Shown here one piece after another: positions 13,889 through 29,108 of a DNA stretch of 64,000 nucleotides (positions within the stretch are counted from its first letter, which is position 1; every line of letters starts with the position of its first letter). Position numbers and translations under genes: made by a program. The stretch comes from Octopus vulgaris (taxonomy: Eukaryota): NCBI GenBank assembly GCA_951406725.2, contig OX597826.1:62000001-62064000 (forward strand), written 5' to 3'. The notes under the pieces are model-generated. The model made no database searches. It worked only from the letters and a program-made list of their open reading frames with translations, and was not told the DNA's origin.

Positions 13889-14858
13889 CTTGAGTGTTTT
13901 CTATGTGGTAGCTTCTTTTCGGATGCCTTCATTGTTTCGTTGATAATTAAGGTGTTGAACTGGTAGAATTTTTAGCGCATTGAACAAAACATTTCGTGGT
14001 ATTTTTTCTGTTCTACGTTCTAAGTTCAAATTCCAACGAAGTCGATTTAGTTTTTCGATAAAATAATTACCAATCAAATATCGAGATTGGTTGAATCAAT
14101 TTGCACCTCCTTTCTAAAGTGATGACCTTATGCCAAAATTAGAGATAATTATCTGATAGATTATTATTTTTTGTATAGTCGATAGCTTTATTTTCAGTGC
14201 ATATTTTTTCTGTAATTTCGAAGGTGGACCCAATTAGCCATTCAAAAATTCACAAAGCTTATCATCTTCATTTAAACATTTATCATTTGTGCCCAAATTC
14301 CGTCTCGCCAACTGTTCAACAGCCATATGTGTCTTCTTCGCTGTGATGGCGTTATTTCTGTAAGTTTCTCTCATTCAAATTTGTAGGTATGTCTATTTTA
14401 TTAGAAATCTAATACATTTGCAAATATATTCGCACTAACATTTTCTTGATTTCCTTCTTTTTGTCTGCAGATCATAATCTCTTTCACCCTATATTCAATA
14501 TGCTTTTGATATCTATTAGAAATGATACACTGGATAGTAGTGCTCATTGGTCTCACCGTTCCTTTTAATTTTATTGTTACTTTTGAGCCTAGATTCAAGA
14601 TATGGAACATTCTGCTCGAGAGTAACCTATTGAGGAACCAACGTGTTACATTATTTTCAATTCATGATCATATTAACCCAGTCACAGGCAACCGACGGCT
14701 CACGGGACATTCTGAATGGAACGCCTAAGGAAAAATTACCGTAAATAATTTTAATAGCGCAGCTCGCCTGAGGATATGCCATACTCATCCGCTCCGCTTC
14801 TTGAAAATGGTTGCCCATGCATGAATGAATCTGAAGTTATGACATTCAACATTCAACA

Positions 14859-15060
14859 TACGAAGAGGCGCTGAAAAGTTTTTGGCTTTGCGTAAAATAA
14901 AATAAAAAGGATCAGTTAATTATGATATTATTCAACATATTACCCCTCTGAAATTCACACATTTATTGCAGAAGTCCTTCAGTTTTTCTAAGCCCTGTAA
15001 AAGAACTCGGATGTTTGGCCTCCAGTCAGGCCTTTTGCTATACTCTTAAAACTTTCAGCA
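14859..15060. mobile_element. Mariner-derived MITE (degenerate)
   Basis: Starts tacgaagaggcgctgaaaagt and ends actttcagca. Inverse homolog of 1198-1411. Confidence 0.6.
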
Positions 15061-15123
15061 AAAAGTCGTAAGTCCGAACCAGGCCAGTGGCGCTTTGCCA
15101 CTGTTTGATCTATGCAGGTTTCT

Positions 15124-15460
15124 GTGGAGGTATATGGCCTAGTAGTTAGAGCAGCGGACTCTAACTACTGGGTTAGAGACTGGGTTCGAATCTCAGACTG
15201 GGTGATGTGTGTGTTTATGACAGAAACACCTAAGCTCCTCGCTACTCCGGCAGAAGGTAATGGCGAACTTCTGTTGAATCTTTCACCACAACTTTCTCTC
15301 ATTCTTCCCTCCTGCATCTTGCAACTCACTTGTGACGGACTGGCGACCCGGCCAGGTGGGGAATCTGCGATGGACCGGCGTCCTGTCCAGGTGAGGAACC
15401 TATACGCCAAGGAAACCGGCCCTTATGAGCCAGGCGTAGCGCGAGAAGGAACAAACAAAC
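15124..15460 (+). mobile_element. tRNA-derived SINE (octopus OR-like family), full length
   Basis: A-box-like tggcctagtagttag, B-box ggttcgaatctc and (aaac)n tail. Contains an internal ~35-bp duplication at 15330-15400. Confidence 0.85.
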
Positions 15461-16249
15461 ATACTTTACTCCAGTGTTACTTTGATTGTTTGCGCTGCTA
15501 TCACTCAAAAATAAGTCTGCAGCGAACAACAGCTATGACGGACGTGTACAAGCGAACTCCGTGCGAAGTTGGATTAAATCTGTGATCATTGGCAAACAGG
15601 ATTTAAGAAGCAGTAGAAATATGAAAGAAAATTGTTTCTTAATGTAAATCATTTCAGGATGCTGAAATATTTCTCTCCTACATGAAATATAGTTGCTGTC
15701 AGGCATGTTGTCACAGAGAGACAGACGTGTGTGGAAATGTAAACAACACATCGTGATGGGATTTGTCTATACAAGAATTGAAGCAATACGCGAAAATGCC
15801 ATGTCACTACAGAAAAAAAATGTGAGTACAAATAATAATCGCATACGCAGTCTCGTTTCTACACAAATACACATAAATGTAAATTTTATGTTTCACACAT
15901 GCACCCGTACATGTCGTACATAAACAAGACAACGAAGAAGACAGAGTTTAACCAAATTATATGAGACAAATAATAATAGCAATAAATATAAAGGCCTCAT
16001 TTTAAGTAGAGACAAAATAACAGATATGCTCGGTAGCAAAATTTTGAAAAGAAATACAAAGCTGCTATAAAATAACAATAGTTGGAGTAGCAAAGTACTT
16101 AGAAACAAATAGGGGAAGACTACTACATGTGGTAAAGTAACACGAGTAAAAGAAAACGCTTTTCTCTGCGCACAAGGAGGCGACAAAATACAAAACAGAA
16201 GCAAATTACACTGACACACTGACCTCAGATGATAACATAGCAGAAATGG

Positions 16250-17040
16250 TCAGAAAGGGGCAAAAAACAACATGGAAACTGAATTAAAAAAGATACTGAA
16301 GAAGATATGGAGAGAAAAGTCACTTCAATGCCAGTAACCTGCAAGGCTTGACAGAGAGGATGTAAGCCTAAAGAAAAGCCAATAATGGCTCAAGAGCTCT
16401 GAACTAAAAGCCGAAATGGAAGGACTGATTCTCGCTGCACAAAACTAATGCCTGATTACAAACAATTATAAAAACAAAATAGTGAAAACAGGTCTCAACA
16501 TCAAATGCAGAATGTGCAACTAGCACAATGTGACAGGTGACCACATCATCTCGGGCTGCCCAGTCCTTGTCAAGTCTGAATATGTATACGGACACAAAGT
16601 AAGCAGTTATATCCACTGGAAAATATGCCAACATTACAGCGTCAAAAGTCACAGAAGATGGCATAAGCATGAACCAAGTTGGGTACAAGACAACGTTCAG
16701 GCTGCAATCGTCTGGGATATGCTGATTCAAACCGTCAAAGGTATAAAAGCTAATCGCCCAGACATAACAGTAAAGGATTGGGAAAAAACACCTGATTGCT
16801 GATAGACATTGCAGTTCCTTCTGATCAAAATATTGTACAAAGAACACGAAATTGAAGTATTCAAAATGTGAGGCATGAAGGTAAAAAAAATAATAATTTG
16901 AGCATTGAACATGATTAAAAAATCATATGGACAAAGATGTAGACGATGTACCTGGATCCTCAATCCTGCACTGTGGCCAAAAAATAGCCCTGCTAGAGCC
17001 AGCCCACATCCTACGCAAGACACTATCAATTCGATAATAC
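16250..17040 (+). mobile_element. Decayed R4/Dong-like non-LTR retrotransposon 3' part (CCHC knuckle plus restriction-like endonuclease)
   Basis: LKAEMEGLILAAQ, CRMC..DHIISGCPVL, YIHWKIC, IVWDMLIQT..IKANRPDI and terminal QKIALL..AHILRKTLS, with several in-frame stops. Confidence 0.85.
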
Positions 17041-17339
17041 AACCTGAACAAAATAATCCGCAAACACAAGACACTCTATAGAGCATTTATTCTGTGAAAT
17101 AAACTTCCATCATCAAGCCAAAAACAAAAGCATTGCACACTCGATACACAATGCACACAACAAAAGACAGGGCCACACCTCAGGGAGTAATAAACTAACA
17201 CAATGCAATACTGGGAAGAATTCGAACACTGCCAACAGCAGATAAGAACACAAAATGCTGCGTACACCTCAGCAACCTGGATGTGTAGCAGGTAAGGCAG
17301 TAGAAATTTGCCCCAGTCTATCAAATATTAAACAGTTGT

Positions 17340-17345
17340 ATAATG

Positions 17346-17421
<76 letters not shown>

Positions 17422-17463
17422 TAATAATAATGATAATAATAAATAATAATAATAAATAATAAC

Positions 17464-17497
<34 letters not shown>

Positions 17498-17519
17498 TAA
17501 TAAAATAATAATAATAATA

Positions 17520-17585
<66 letters not shown>

Positions 17586-17851
17586 GATAATGATGATGAG
17601 GATGATGATGATGAGGATGATGATGATGATGATGATAATGATTTCATTTATTTGCCACAAGGATGAAGGATCAGGGGGACAATACAGAGACAGACATAAA
17701 ATGTGGTAGTTTACATATAATAATAAATTAATAATGATAAAATAAACAAAATAAAATAAGAAGTAAAAATAAAAAATAAAGTATACACGGTATACACTGG
17801 GAAGGAAGGGAGATAATAATGCTAATAATAACAACAACAACAACAACAACG

Positions 17852-17900
<49 letters not shown>

Positions 17901-17956
17901 TAATAATAATAAATATAACAATAATGATGATGATGATGATGATGATGATGATAATG

Positions 17957-18023
<67 letters not shown>

Positions 18024-18042
18024 TGATAATAATAATAATAAT
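17340..18042. repeat. Long (AAT)n/(GAT)n microsatellite complex
   Basis: Directly visible. Confidence 0.95.
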
Positions 18043-18043
18043 A

Positions 18044-18812
18044 GCAGTACCAGGTAGTGGTTCTCATGGTTTCTGATCTTAACTGATTGGAAGTGTTATC
18101 ATGTACATTGTTTTGTTTTGGTATAAAATATGGGCTACAGTAAATATTCTGCTTAATACCTATTTCTTTATTACCCACAAGGGGCTAAACACAGAGGGGA
18201 CAAACAAGGACAGACATAGGTATTAAGTCGATTACATCGACCCCAGTGCGTAACTGGTACTTAATTAATCGACCCCGAAAGGATGAAAGAAAAAGTCGAC
18301 CTCAGCGGAATTTGAACTCAGAACGTAACGGCAGAGGAAATACGGCTACGCAATTCGTCCGACGTGCTAACGTTTCTGCCAGCTCGCCCACAGATATGCA
18401 TGTCAGTTATTTGACTTTAACCAGTCGAGCATGTCCCTTGGTGGCTGACAATATGTGCATCTCTGATTATGAGCAGAAGTAGTGGGGAAGCATCATAGCC
18501 GTGTGTTGAAAGGAATTCTTAGAGACTTGGATAATTCACCTTTGGGGTGGTTCGTTCAACATCCTTAAACACTCCATTTTCAGGGACCTCTTGAGTGGAA
18601 TGGGCTACTTGACCAGAAGAAAATTCTAACTGGGCCCCACCTGCAAGATCATGTGCTGTTTATCTTGATATGAGATCACCATGTCACGCATATATGGTTG
18701 TGATGCATGTGCCTGGTGTACCCTTATCAGACGGGTAGTCATGATGGGTATACTGGTCTTCGTATATTTTACCCCAGTGTCACTTTGATGGCATGCACTG
18801 CTCTTTCACTCA
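18044..18812. repeat. Unclassified insert bounded by (TAA)n on both sides and interrupted by a SINE
   Basis: Complex-sequence island inside an AAT microsatellite. It reads through if the SINE at 18161-18388 is removed. Confidence 0.4.
18161..18388 (-). mobile_element. SINE with Deu/Nin-like central domain (long-tail subfamily)
   Basis: Reverse complement of 63163-63392. Contains tttcatcctttcggggtcga..aa.taagtacc. Confidence 0.85.
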
Positions 18813-18821
18813 ATAATAATG

Positions 18822-18906
<85 letters not shown>

Positions 18907-19151
18907 CAACAACATCAACAATAAAGAAAGCGACAATAATCATTTAAAAGTTTGACTGAAGGCCATCCTCTGGTTGCACGTCGCTATCCCCAGCCGGCGC
19001 TTCTACTGCCGGTTCCTGCAAGAGTGTGTGTATGTCTCTGTCCCAGTGGTATGCTTTTGTCGCCGGGTCTCGGATGTCAAACTCGTGACAGAGGCTGTTT
19101 TCGTAAATGTTTCTTGGGACTATTCATTGGCGAGGTCGTAATAACAATGAC

Positions 19152-19192
<41 letters not shown>

Positions 19193-19221
19193 CGATGATG
19201 ATGATGATGATGATGATGGTA

Positions 19222-19267
<46 letters not shown>

Positions 19268-19318
19268 CGACGACGATGTTGAAGTTATTATTATTATTGT
19301 TGTTGTTGTTATTACTAT

Positions 19319-19810
<492 letters not shown>

Positions 19811-20086
19811 TTATTATCATCATTTATTATTATTATTATTATTATTATTACTTTTTTTTCTTCTTTCAAATTTGCTTCCATTTCTTGCCGAGTGTCTTCC
19901 CGACTCCTAGGGCAAAGAAACTCATAGTATACATTGGTAGGCCATTAAACCAAACTCAGTAGTTCGTTCATTTTTTTTTTTTTTTTTTTTTTAAAGTTAA
20001 ATTAAAATACATGAGCAGCAACAGTTCTCACATCGACAATGCTCTTCTCAATACGTGTATTATTATTATTATTATTATCATTATTA

Positions 20087-20131
<45 letters not shown>

Positions 20132-21077
20132 GTAGTAGTAGTAGTAGTAGTAGTAGTAGGAGTAGTAGTAGTCACGGTCGTAATACTAGTAGTGTTACTA
20201 TTATCGCTATCATCGTCGTTGTTGTTGTCATCACTATCATCATCATCATCATCATCAACATCAACAGCAGCAGCATCAAGCCCCCACCTCACCCATTTTT
20301 GTTACAGTCTTTCCACGCCAATAATTATGTAAAGTTGTCAGACAGTAGCGATATTTTGTCTGTCAATTACTCATAAAACTTAAAAAGCAAAAGCAAAAAT
20401 AGAATTAAAAATGAAATTAAAAGCCATTTGAAACGATTATTGAATTTCATTAATAGAAGTAGCTGGGACAATCATCTCTCTCCCCTCTCTCCCGCTCTCT
20501 TTCTTTTTTTTTTCTCTCTCTCTGTCTATCTCTCTGTCTCTCTCGTTCTCTTGAGAGAGAACATGGTACAGATTTTAATATATGATGGAATTGAGTTGAA
20601 TTGATTAAAGTTCCTGAAAACGAAGTGAAGCAGGAATTCTCTAGATGAAGTTTTATTGGTAAGTGAATTCACTAGTTTTATATAGATGAGAAGAAATCAG
20701 TTTAAACTGGAAAGATTTCTTAGCTATTGATGTCATCAAATTTCAACCACGATATCACGATATTTTATTAAATTTCTTTTGATTTTCGATGCGTGTTAAA
20801 ATTCTTTCAAATGAAAGATTTTCAACGAAAATCTTAAGCTAAATTGAATTAAACAGCCAACCCTTCCCCCCATCGGCATCCTCCTAAACCATCAATTCCG
20901 AACTCCGTCGCCAGACAGTCTGTGATCTATGTACTGATGTACTGAAATATCATCGTTGACCTACACTTCCCATAGAAGTAACAAAATCTACAACGACAAG
21001 CTTTTACATTTATGGTTGTCATTGGTTTTTATCACGGTTGAGTTACAAAGAGTTTGCTGCAGAAGAGATTGTCACTC

Positions 21078-21078
21078 T

Positions 21079-21151
<73 letters not shown>

Positions 21152-21197
21152 GTTGCGGTTATTGCTGTTTTTGCTGCCGCTGTTGTTGCTGCTGCGG

Positions 21198-21269
<72 letters not shown>

Positions 21270-21428
21270 ATAATAATAATAATAATAACGTTGTTGCAGC
21301 TATTGCTGCAGTTGCCGCTGTAGCTGCTGCTACTACTACTACTACTACCAATACCACAACCACCACCACTACTACTACCACTACTACTACTATTGTTGCA
21401 GCTATGACTGCAGTTGCCGCTGTAGCAG

Positions 21429-21467
<39 letters not shown>

Positions 21468-22150
21468 ATACTACCTCCACCACCATAGCCGCCACTACTA
21501 CCACAAACAGAATCATCATCATCATCTCCATTATCAGCACCACCGCCATCACCGTCATCATCATGGAAATACAACTAACTTAAACCCTGTTTCGAAACCA
21601 GTACTACCAAGAACAACAACGACCACCGACATCGCAGCCATAAGCACCACGATCACCACTATGACAACCATCATCACCTCAACCCCCCACTTCGATAATC
21701 ATGATCACACTATCAATACCATGGTTACTAAAAGTACATCCTAAACCACCTCCCCCCATCTTTACAACCAGCACCATCACGACAGCACCCAAAGCCATCA
21801 GGACAATCACTACCACAACCACCACCACATTTAGAGTCACATAATTACCCACTGTCTTCACTATTATTATAAGAATTGTTACAGCCAACAGCACAAGCAT
21901 TATCCGAACCATCCCACCCACAAGCACAATCGCCCCCCAAAAAAACCTACCACACCATGACAATCATCACCATAACCACAATCACCAGCATCACCTCAAT
22001 CAACATTGTTATCACACTCACCAATATAACTACTAATCAACAACCGTGCCACCAATTATTTCCTTTTCCAAATCCTGTATTTTGAAACAAAGCCTTCGTT
22101 ACATCATCATTAACACCGCTACTTCCCCATCATCATCATCATCATCATCC
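21078..22150. repeat. (ACT)n/(GCT)n microsatellites grading into degenerate (ACC/ATC)n
   Basis: Directly visible. Source of the poly-T, poly-S and poly-V ORFs. Confidence 0.9.
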
Positions 22151-23299
22151 TCATTCGCTGCCAGGCTTAAAATGAAACACAGATGAACGTGTTTCACTTT
22201 CTGGTTCCGTGTGTTTCATACCTGGCCTGTGAGGCTATTTGCAGTTGTTCTAATTTTAAACTGAACTCGCTTGGTTTTTAGGATTTCATCTCAGTTGAAA
22301 TGTTGGGTTAGAAAACGTTGTGGAGCTTCTCCGTCAGATTTTGACGCGCGGGTTCATTATTATCAAAGATAATTCGTCAGAATATTTGTTTTTAAATAGG
22401 ACTTGCCGGTTTTCTATAACATTAAAGCTTTTGCGGTTTGTTTTATAGTTCCATCAGAAAATTACTATAAAAAATTATATCTGAAATCCTTCAAAGCATT
22501 TTTTAGAGTAATATATTTTCTTTTTAGTAAATCTGTTTGAAAATCATCTATTCATATTCCATATGATCATCTCTGTATATCTCTATTCGAAATAGGCGGT
22601 ATATATAACAGAATGTTCTTTCTTTCTTTCTTTCTTTCTTGTGTGAATATGCAACTAAGGTGGATTTCACAGTCTGATGGAACCCGCTCCCCTGACGACG
22701 TGCAGCTTTACATATTCTGTTGGATCATATTAACACGAGAATGTGTATAATATGTGGAACACTCAGCAATTACCAGCTGATACTAATGCATAGAAACAAT
22801 TGCAGTGATATGCATTAAAGCTTGTTCAATCCACCTTTTATGAAAATTCTTTCTATGTACTGTACAGATATTAACGGATTTCCATATGAATATATTCTAA
22901 AAGGAGAATTCTTACTGTACGATAGCATATGATAGCCAATATTCGTGGACAAGCTCTGTAAAACATGCTATGAGTTTATAACTTATTTACTCTGTAAAGC
23001 AGGCTACAAGATGATGTTAAATATATAAGGAGTGGGTGGTGTGTGTGTATGTTTGTGTGTATGTGTGTGTGCGTGTGTAACTATGTATTTGTGTGTGTGT
23101 GTGAGCGAGGACAATTGTTTGGTGTCTCGAGAGTGTTACTAGTTTACAGAAAATTTTGTACAACCTACTGCACGTTCCGATGACCAGCGTCGAAAGCGAT
23201 AAGGCCTCTAGGTTTGTCTAGTCAGGAGAGCTGCTGGAAATCCGGTAGGACTAAAAATAAGACCTGTCAAAAGAACGGGTTATTAGCTAGCAATTACAC

Positions 23300-23690
23300 G
23301 TGTTCTCAGATACTCTGGGCTGGTTTCCAGACAGCTTTGAGACAATTGGGAGTGAGGTACGCTTCATCTTTTATCGAAGCATGTCTCTAGGAGATATATA
23401 CATGCAAATTTACAGGGAATGACGTTGACCATTTCCGGGATCATTTGCTGTTGCATGGGAACATGGCGCTCCCATATTCTTGAGCCTGCAACGCATATTG
23501 GCACTGGATATCTTGCCGTGGCTTGGCTCTGTATCATGTCAATAGGGTGGAATGTGTAAGCCTTGTTGGACCTAATATTTTAGGCAGCGCAATCGCTGGA
23601 GAGCCGACTTTCTAATGCCCAAGTCGTGACGGAATGAGCCATGGCGAAGATGAAAGGGCATAGGAAGCCGACCGCAGGCAGCGATGACAT
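23300..23690 (-). mobile_element. Possible decayed CRE-like non-LTR retrotransposon fragment
   Basis: GC-richer island. Minus-strand peptides LP...RH...LGIRK, IALP and RHA loosely resemble CRE-type ORF motifs. Confidence 0.25.
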
Positions 23691-23736
23691 TTTACATGGT
23701 CAATAGACACTGGTGGTATTCAATGGTCACGAGTAC

Positions 23737-23840
<104 letters not shown>

Positions 23841-23856
23841 TGGGGTGCGTGTGCGC

Positions 23857-23896
<40 letters not shown>

Positions 23897-24077
23897 GTGT
23901 ATATATATATGTTTATATATAGATACCGATATATATATATGTATATATATATACATATATATATATACCGATGTATATGCATATAGATACGTATATTACA
24001 TATGTATATGTATATATATACACATGCATATATATATATATATACATGTATATATATATATACATATATATATATAC

Positions 24078-24108
<31 letters not shown>

Positions 24109-24122
24109 AACATATATATATA

Positions 24123-24201
<79 letters not shown>

Positions 24202-24274
24202 ATGTATGTATATATATATGATTCCTCTGTGATAATTGTATTAGTCAACTTTTAGGAGATATCTTAATGAAGAA

Positions 24275-24750
24275 CATTTCGAAGGTGCAAATATATCAGC
24301 TACGATTATAAATATTTCTGCGTCACGAAACTGCGTTTCTATTGCCTGCTCGGCTTTGCAAGCAATTCACCTAGTTGCGTCATTAGCCAGAAGCGAATCC
24401 TGAAGTCACAAATTTTACTCAGATTAAATGTACTCGCGACAGTCAAGTCACGAGGTATTAAAATTTGGCGAAGCTTCATAAATATTCGGCTCACCCATAA
24501 TCAGTGGCAGTAAATTCACCAAAGTGCATCAGCAAACATTGTGAAAGCAATATTTAAGACTGTAAATGTTAAGTTATTCGTCAAAATACATTAAGTTTAA
24601 TGGAGCACTTTCGGAGCTACATGTTTTAGAATACTAAATTTTAATATTTCGTCATTTGACTTTCTTGGTATATTTTAATCTGGATTGAATCAACATTTCC
24701 ATTATCCAATTTCTAACTGGGGATACACATAGTTTTAGCTGGATAATTTA
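24275..24750 (-). mobile_element. Decayed hAT transposase C-terminal dimerisation region (ZMYM1-like/Tip100 type)
   Basis: Minus strand reads YEASPN..LTVAST..LSKI..LMTQ..LLA / AIE....DIFA, matching the PN..TVAS.ERSFSKL..M.Q.RL..LA..AIE..FA pattern. Confidence 0.55.
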
Positions 24751-24890
24751 TAAAAAACTTTCTAGATCGCAGAAGCATGGTTTCGTAACTTTCATGTCAT
24801 TTCTATTGATAAAGTGTTCACACTGTTTTGTATGTTTGTTTGGCTTTTATTTTGTGGATCGAAGTTTTATAGATATCTTTCTAAGCTATA

Positions 24891-25292
24891 CTCTTTTACT
24901 CTTTTACTTGTTTCAGTCTTTTGACTGCGGCCATGCTGGAGCACCGCCTTTAATCGAGCAACTCGACTCCGGGACTTATTCTTTTGTAAGCCCAGTACTT
25001 ATTCTATCGGTCTCTTTTGCCGAACCGCTAAGTAACGGGGACATAAACACACCAGCATCGGTTGTCAAGCAATGCTAGGGGGACAAACACAGACACACAA
25101 ACACACACACGCATATATATATGCATATATACGACGGGCTTCTTTCAGTTTCCGTCTACCAAATCCACTCAAGGCATTGGTCGGCCCGGAGCTATAGCAG
25201 AAGACACTTGCCCAAGATGCCACGCAGTGGGACTGAACCCGGAACCATGTGGTTGGTTAGCAAGCTACTTACCACACAGCCACTCCTGCGCC
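24891..25292 (-). mobile_element. Full-length tRNA-derived CORE-type SINE
   Basis: Reverse complement of 28101-28498 and 40834-41232. Confidence 0.92.
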
Positions 25293-26725
25293 TGAAATAA
25301 TTTTCTTAATGTATGTTGACAAATAACCTTGCATTTATGCTTGCTGGAAATCAACTTACGAAAGAGCAAAGCATCTCTTAAATTCAGTATGTATGTACAA
25401 ATATTCCGAGAGTTCTGAGCGGCGTGAATTTGTTTTGAATGGTTAAAATGTGGCTCTGCAGTAATTCCACTTTTCAGTGCAATCAATTATAAAACCAGTA
25501 GCACAACAGAGACTCAGACGACCAGCATCCAACTACCTGCACTTCGGGATATTTATACGAGAGTACCTTCTCCTAGAAGGAATTTTCTATTTAGAAATAA
25601 AGTTATTTCACTCTCATTAGTTAACATGCTAGTGAACCAGTAGTAGGGGCCTTGAAAATTCAATTTGTCCTCCTGTCCAGGATAGAACTAGAGATAAAAG
25701 TAGCTAAGTGATGTTACCCAACAGTACAAGACTTGTAGCAGAGTTCCACTGTTCAAGCAGTTCAAATTCATATTCAGGACATACACACACACAAACACAC
25801 ACACGCACACACACTCACGCATACACATACACACACACACTCATTTCACCTTTACGCGCATATGTGTACGTGTGTGTGTGTGTGGTGTGTGTGGGTGTGG
25901 GTGTGGGTATGTGTGGGTGTGTGTGTGGGTGTGTTTGGGTGTGTGTAGGTGTGTGTATAGTAATATATGTTGCTACTTCCGTCTGACTGTTCCATGCAGA
26001 ACTTTGCTACTACATTTTAACACTAAGAAAACCTCTTTGCCAACTGCTTAACGGCACACCATCTGTGCTATATATGTTGCGAGTAGAGGAACGAACTACT
26101 CTCCTCCACCGTGTATAAACTCATACATATACATACATGTCTATGCATCTCTTTCTCCCTCTCTATCACTCTCTCTCTTCACGTGATGAGATGCCTATTT
26201 CTGTCTTTACTTCTCCAGCTTCCTCCAAGTAGGGACAGTAAAATCTGTTGCTCTGCCGATCCCAAAGAATAGCGTTGGAAATTTTTTTTATCTCGTTTGG
26301 CTTAACAGCCCTCCTTGTTTGTGTTACTGTTATTCTCCGTTGTCCTGTTTATATTTTGTACTGTCGTTACTGTCCTGTTTTTGTTACCATTTTAACCCCT
26401 CCGCAAAAAAATCTCAAATTTTATTTAATTTGATTTCCGCGGGTTGGAAAATTTCATTGAAGTCATATATCGCCTGACCTTCGAAACGTGGAGTAGATGA
26501 AATTAAGGCAACTGAAGAAGAGGAATGTTCCTTGTTTGTATGTCCTGTACTCTATTTTTTCGTTGTTTAAAGAAATGTCCATTTCCTCGGTTTTGTGTTT
26601 ATGTTTTCGTTTCTCATTGTGTTCGATGTTTTTTTGTTGTCCTGTACCCATATATGCATGTATATATACATGTAGAGGTAGGTACGTACATATATGTATG
26701 TATATATGCATATGTTTTATTTATT

Positions 26726-26771
<46 letters not shown>

Positions 26772-26917
26772 CATACACACACAGACATACACACACACAT
26801 ATATATATACATATATATATATAATTAATATTAATAATAGTAGGGAATATAATTGAAAACTTACAGTTAAAAATTCAATTTATCAATTCTAAATTAAATT
26901 TTACAATATATAATATA

Positions 26918-27163
26918 TGTATATAATTAAGAGAAATAACCTATATTAAGCAATTCAATAGTGAAATTATCTATATCATATAAAAAAATTTAAATATACT
27001 ATAATAAATATTATTCAAAACAATCAATAAATTAAATAAAGTTTATTTAATTCATTGGTTTTTTAAATAATATTTATATTAGTATATTTAAATATTTTCT
27101 AGATGATACAGATAATTTCTTTCACTATTGAATTTCTTAAGAGGTTATTTCTCTTAATTATAT
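26918..27163. repeat. AT-rich imperfect palindrome (~120-bp arms, no spacer)
   Basis: ataattaagagaaataacct...aattaaataaa | tttatttaatt...aggttatttctcttaattat. Confidence 0.8.
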
Positions 27164-27202
27164 ACATACGTACATACATACATACATACATACATACATA
27201 CA

Positions 27203-27248
<46 letters not shown>

Positions 27249-27257
27249 CACACACAC

Positions 27258-27985
27258 AAACAAGTCTCATTCCGAAAATTTTCAGACTCTTTCAAGAGAA
27301 GCATTTATTAATTTCAAAGAAGTACATAACGCTAATCTGCTTCCATGCAAGATCCTTTGGCTTCAGTGCACTTGTAGCGCTCCTGCGAATTCGGAAACAC
27401 CCCATGGAAGTTTTCAAAGATCAACACGTGCAGGATTCTTGTCATCACCTTCATCCCCAGAAACGACTGCGCCTGACGTTCTCTCAGCTTGGAGAACAAC
27501 CAAATGTCACATGGTGCAAGATCTGGACTGTAGACAGGATGAGGGACAGTTTCGCCCCCGCTCTCAGTCAAGATGTTTGCTACCACTATGCTTGTCAGTG
27601 AACTACCTAGGAAAAAAACTATGTACAAATTTTGTGTATTCAGATCTTCATGAATAATTCTGTGTACAGTTGCCAGACCAGCTCTAAATTGTATGCTGAT
27701 TGTCTTTATGACTGACGTTTATGATTCACGTTGTTCATGCAGGGGCTTGCGAATTTTACTTAATCAGCTCTGATGTCCAGACTTCCCTTTCCCTCGTCGT
27801 CTCTCATCTCCTCTCTACCGTCCATGACCCTCTTATAGCAGCGGAAAATTCCTTTGAAACGCAATCCGGGATGTCTCATAAGTTTATGTAGCATTTTTGC
27901 AAACTCGACAACACCGACAAACATTTTGTAGTATGGTATTTCAAATGTTTTTACAGCCGTCTCCTTCAATCTGGAATAACACAAG
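27258..27985 (-). mobile_element. Decayed mariner transposon fragment
   Basis: ETVPHPVYSPDLAPCDIWLFSKL (YSPDLAP motif) and an N-terminal GREEMRDDEGKG remnant. Confidence 0.85.
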
Positions 27986-28100
27986 TTGACAGCTCATCTT
28001 GTTAGATGTATAGTAATAATATACTAAAATTGCCATAATGTTGAGCAATTACTACTGCCTTGTATGTGTGTGCATGTATATATGTATATATATATATATA

Positions 28101-28498
28101 GGCGCAGGAGTGGCTGTGTGGTAAGTAGCTTGTTTACCAACCACACGGTTCCGGGTTCAGTCCCACTGCGCGGCACCTTGGGCAAGTGTCTTCTACTAGA
28201 GCCTCGGGCCGACCAATGCCTTGTGAGAGGATTTGGTAGACGGAAACTGAAAGAAGCCCGTCGTATATATGTATATTTATGTATGTGCGTGTATGTTTGT
28301 GTGTCTGTGTTTGTCCCCCTAGCATTGCTTGACAACCGATGCTGGTGTGTTTATGTCCCCGTCACTTAGCGGTTCGGCAAAAGAGACCCATAGAATAAGT
28401 ACTGGGCTTACAAAGAATAAGTCCCGGGGTCGAGTTGGTCGATTAAAGGCGATGCTCCAGCATGGCCGCAGTCAAAATGACTGAAACACGTAAAAAAA
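28101..28498 (+). mobile_element. Full-length tRNA-derived CORE-type SINE
   Basis: Head ggcgcaggagtggctgtgtggtaag, B-box gggttcagtccc, CORE-like ggcaccttgggcaagtgtcttc, an internal microsatellite and an A-rich tail. Confidence 0.92.
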
Positions 28499-28714
28499 AT
28501 GTATGTATATACTTATATAGGATATACTGTAAAAAAGAAAACGAATTCAATATATCTGATATAATATTCATTTATAGCCAACAAGGGATTAAATATTATA
28601 GTGGCAAGATACTATTCAAACTGAAAAAGATTTGAAAATTCCTTTCTATATCATATAAATACATAGCTATGTATGTCCACACAAATCCACGCATACACAC
28701 AAAGACATACAAAC

Positions 28715-28745
<31 letters not shown>

Positions 28746-28834
28746 TGTATGTATGTATGTATGTATGTGTGTATGTATCTATCTATCTATCTATCTATCA
28801 ATACATACATACATATGTATATATATATATATAC

Positions 28835-28877
<43 letters not shown>

Positions 28878-28880
<3 letters not shown>

Positions 28881-29108
28881 CAATATTATGCAAAAGTCTT
28901 CGGTCATTTTAAACTATTGCAAATTCCTACTATTTACCAACTTATAAGAGGATGCTTCACATTGCGTTTTTTTACATATGAAAGATTGGCCCTGTTGGAA
29001 TCATTTCTATACCCAATCAGTAGATTTTATGGTAGGGGTTCTGAATGAGAGGGGAACAATGCGAGACGACAACCAAAAAATGGTCGTGCAAAAGTTTTCG
29101 GCCACCTC
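28878..29108 (+). mobile_element. Tc1-like terminus with IR/DR-type direct repeats
   Basis: tgcaaaagtcttcggtca (~28889) and tgcaaaagttttcggcca (~29087), starting after TA. Confidence 0.45.

Noticed and set aside
15124-15200. tRNA genes at SINE heads (also 28101, 43437, ~57920)
   Set aside because: A/B boxes run directly into SINE bodies and no complete cloverleaf forms.
22158-22226. Hairpin gccagg..atgaaacac...gtgtttcat.cctggc as a pre-miRNA
   Set aside because: The stem is too interrupted and asymmetric, and no known seed was recognised.
26477-26525. Permuted (type II-like) hammerhead ccttc-GAAA-cgtggag-TA...CTGAAGA-agagg, and its relative at 1724-1752
   Set aside because: Core boxes and stem II are present, but no stem I can be formed in either copy.
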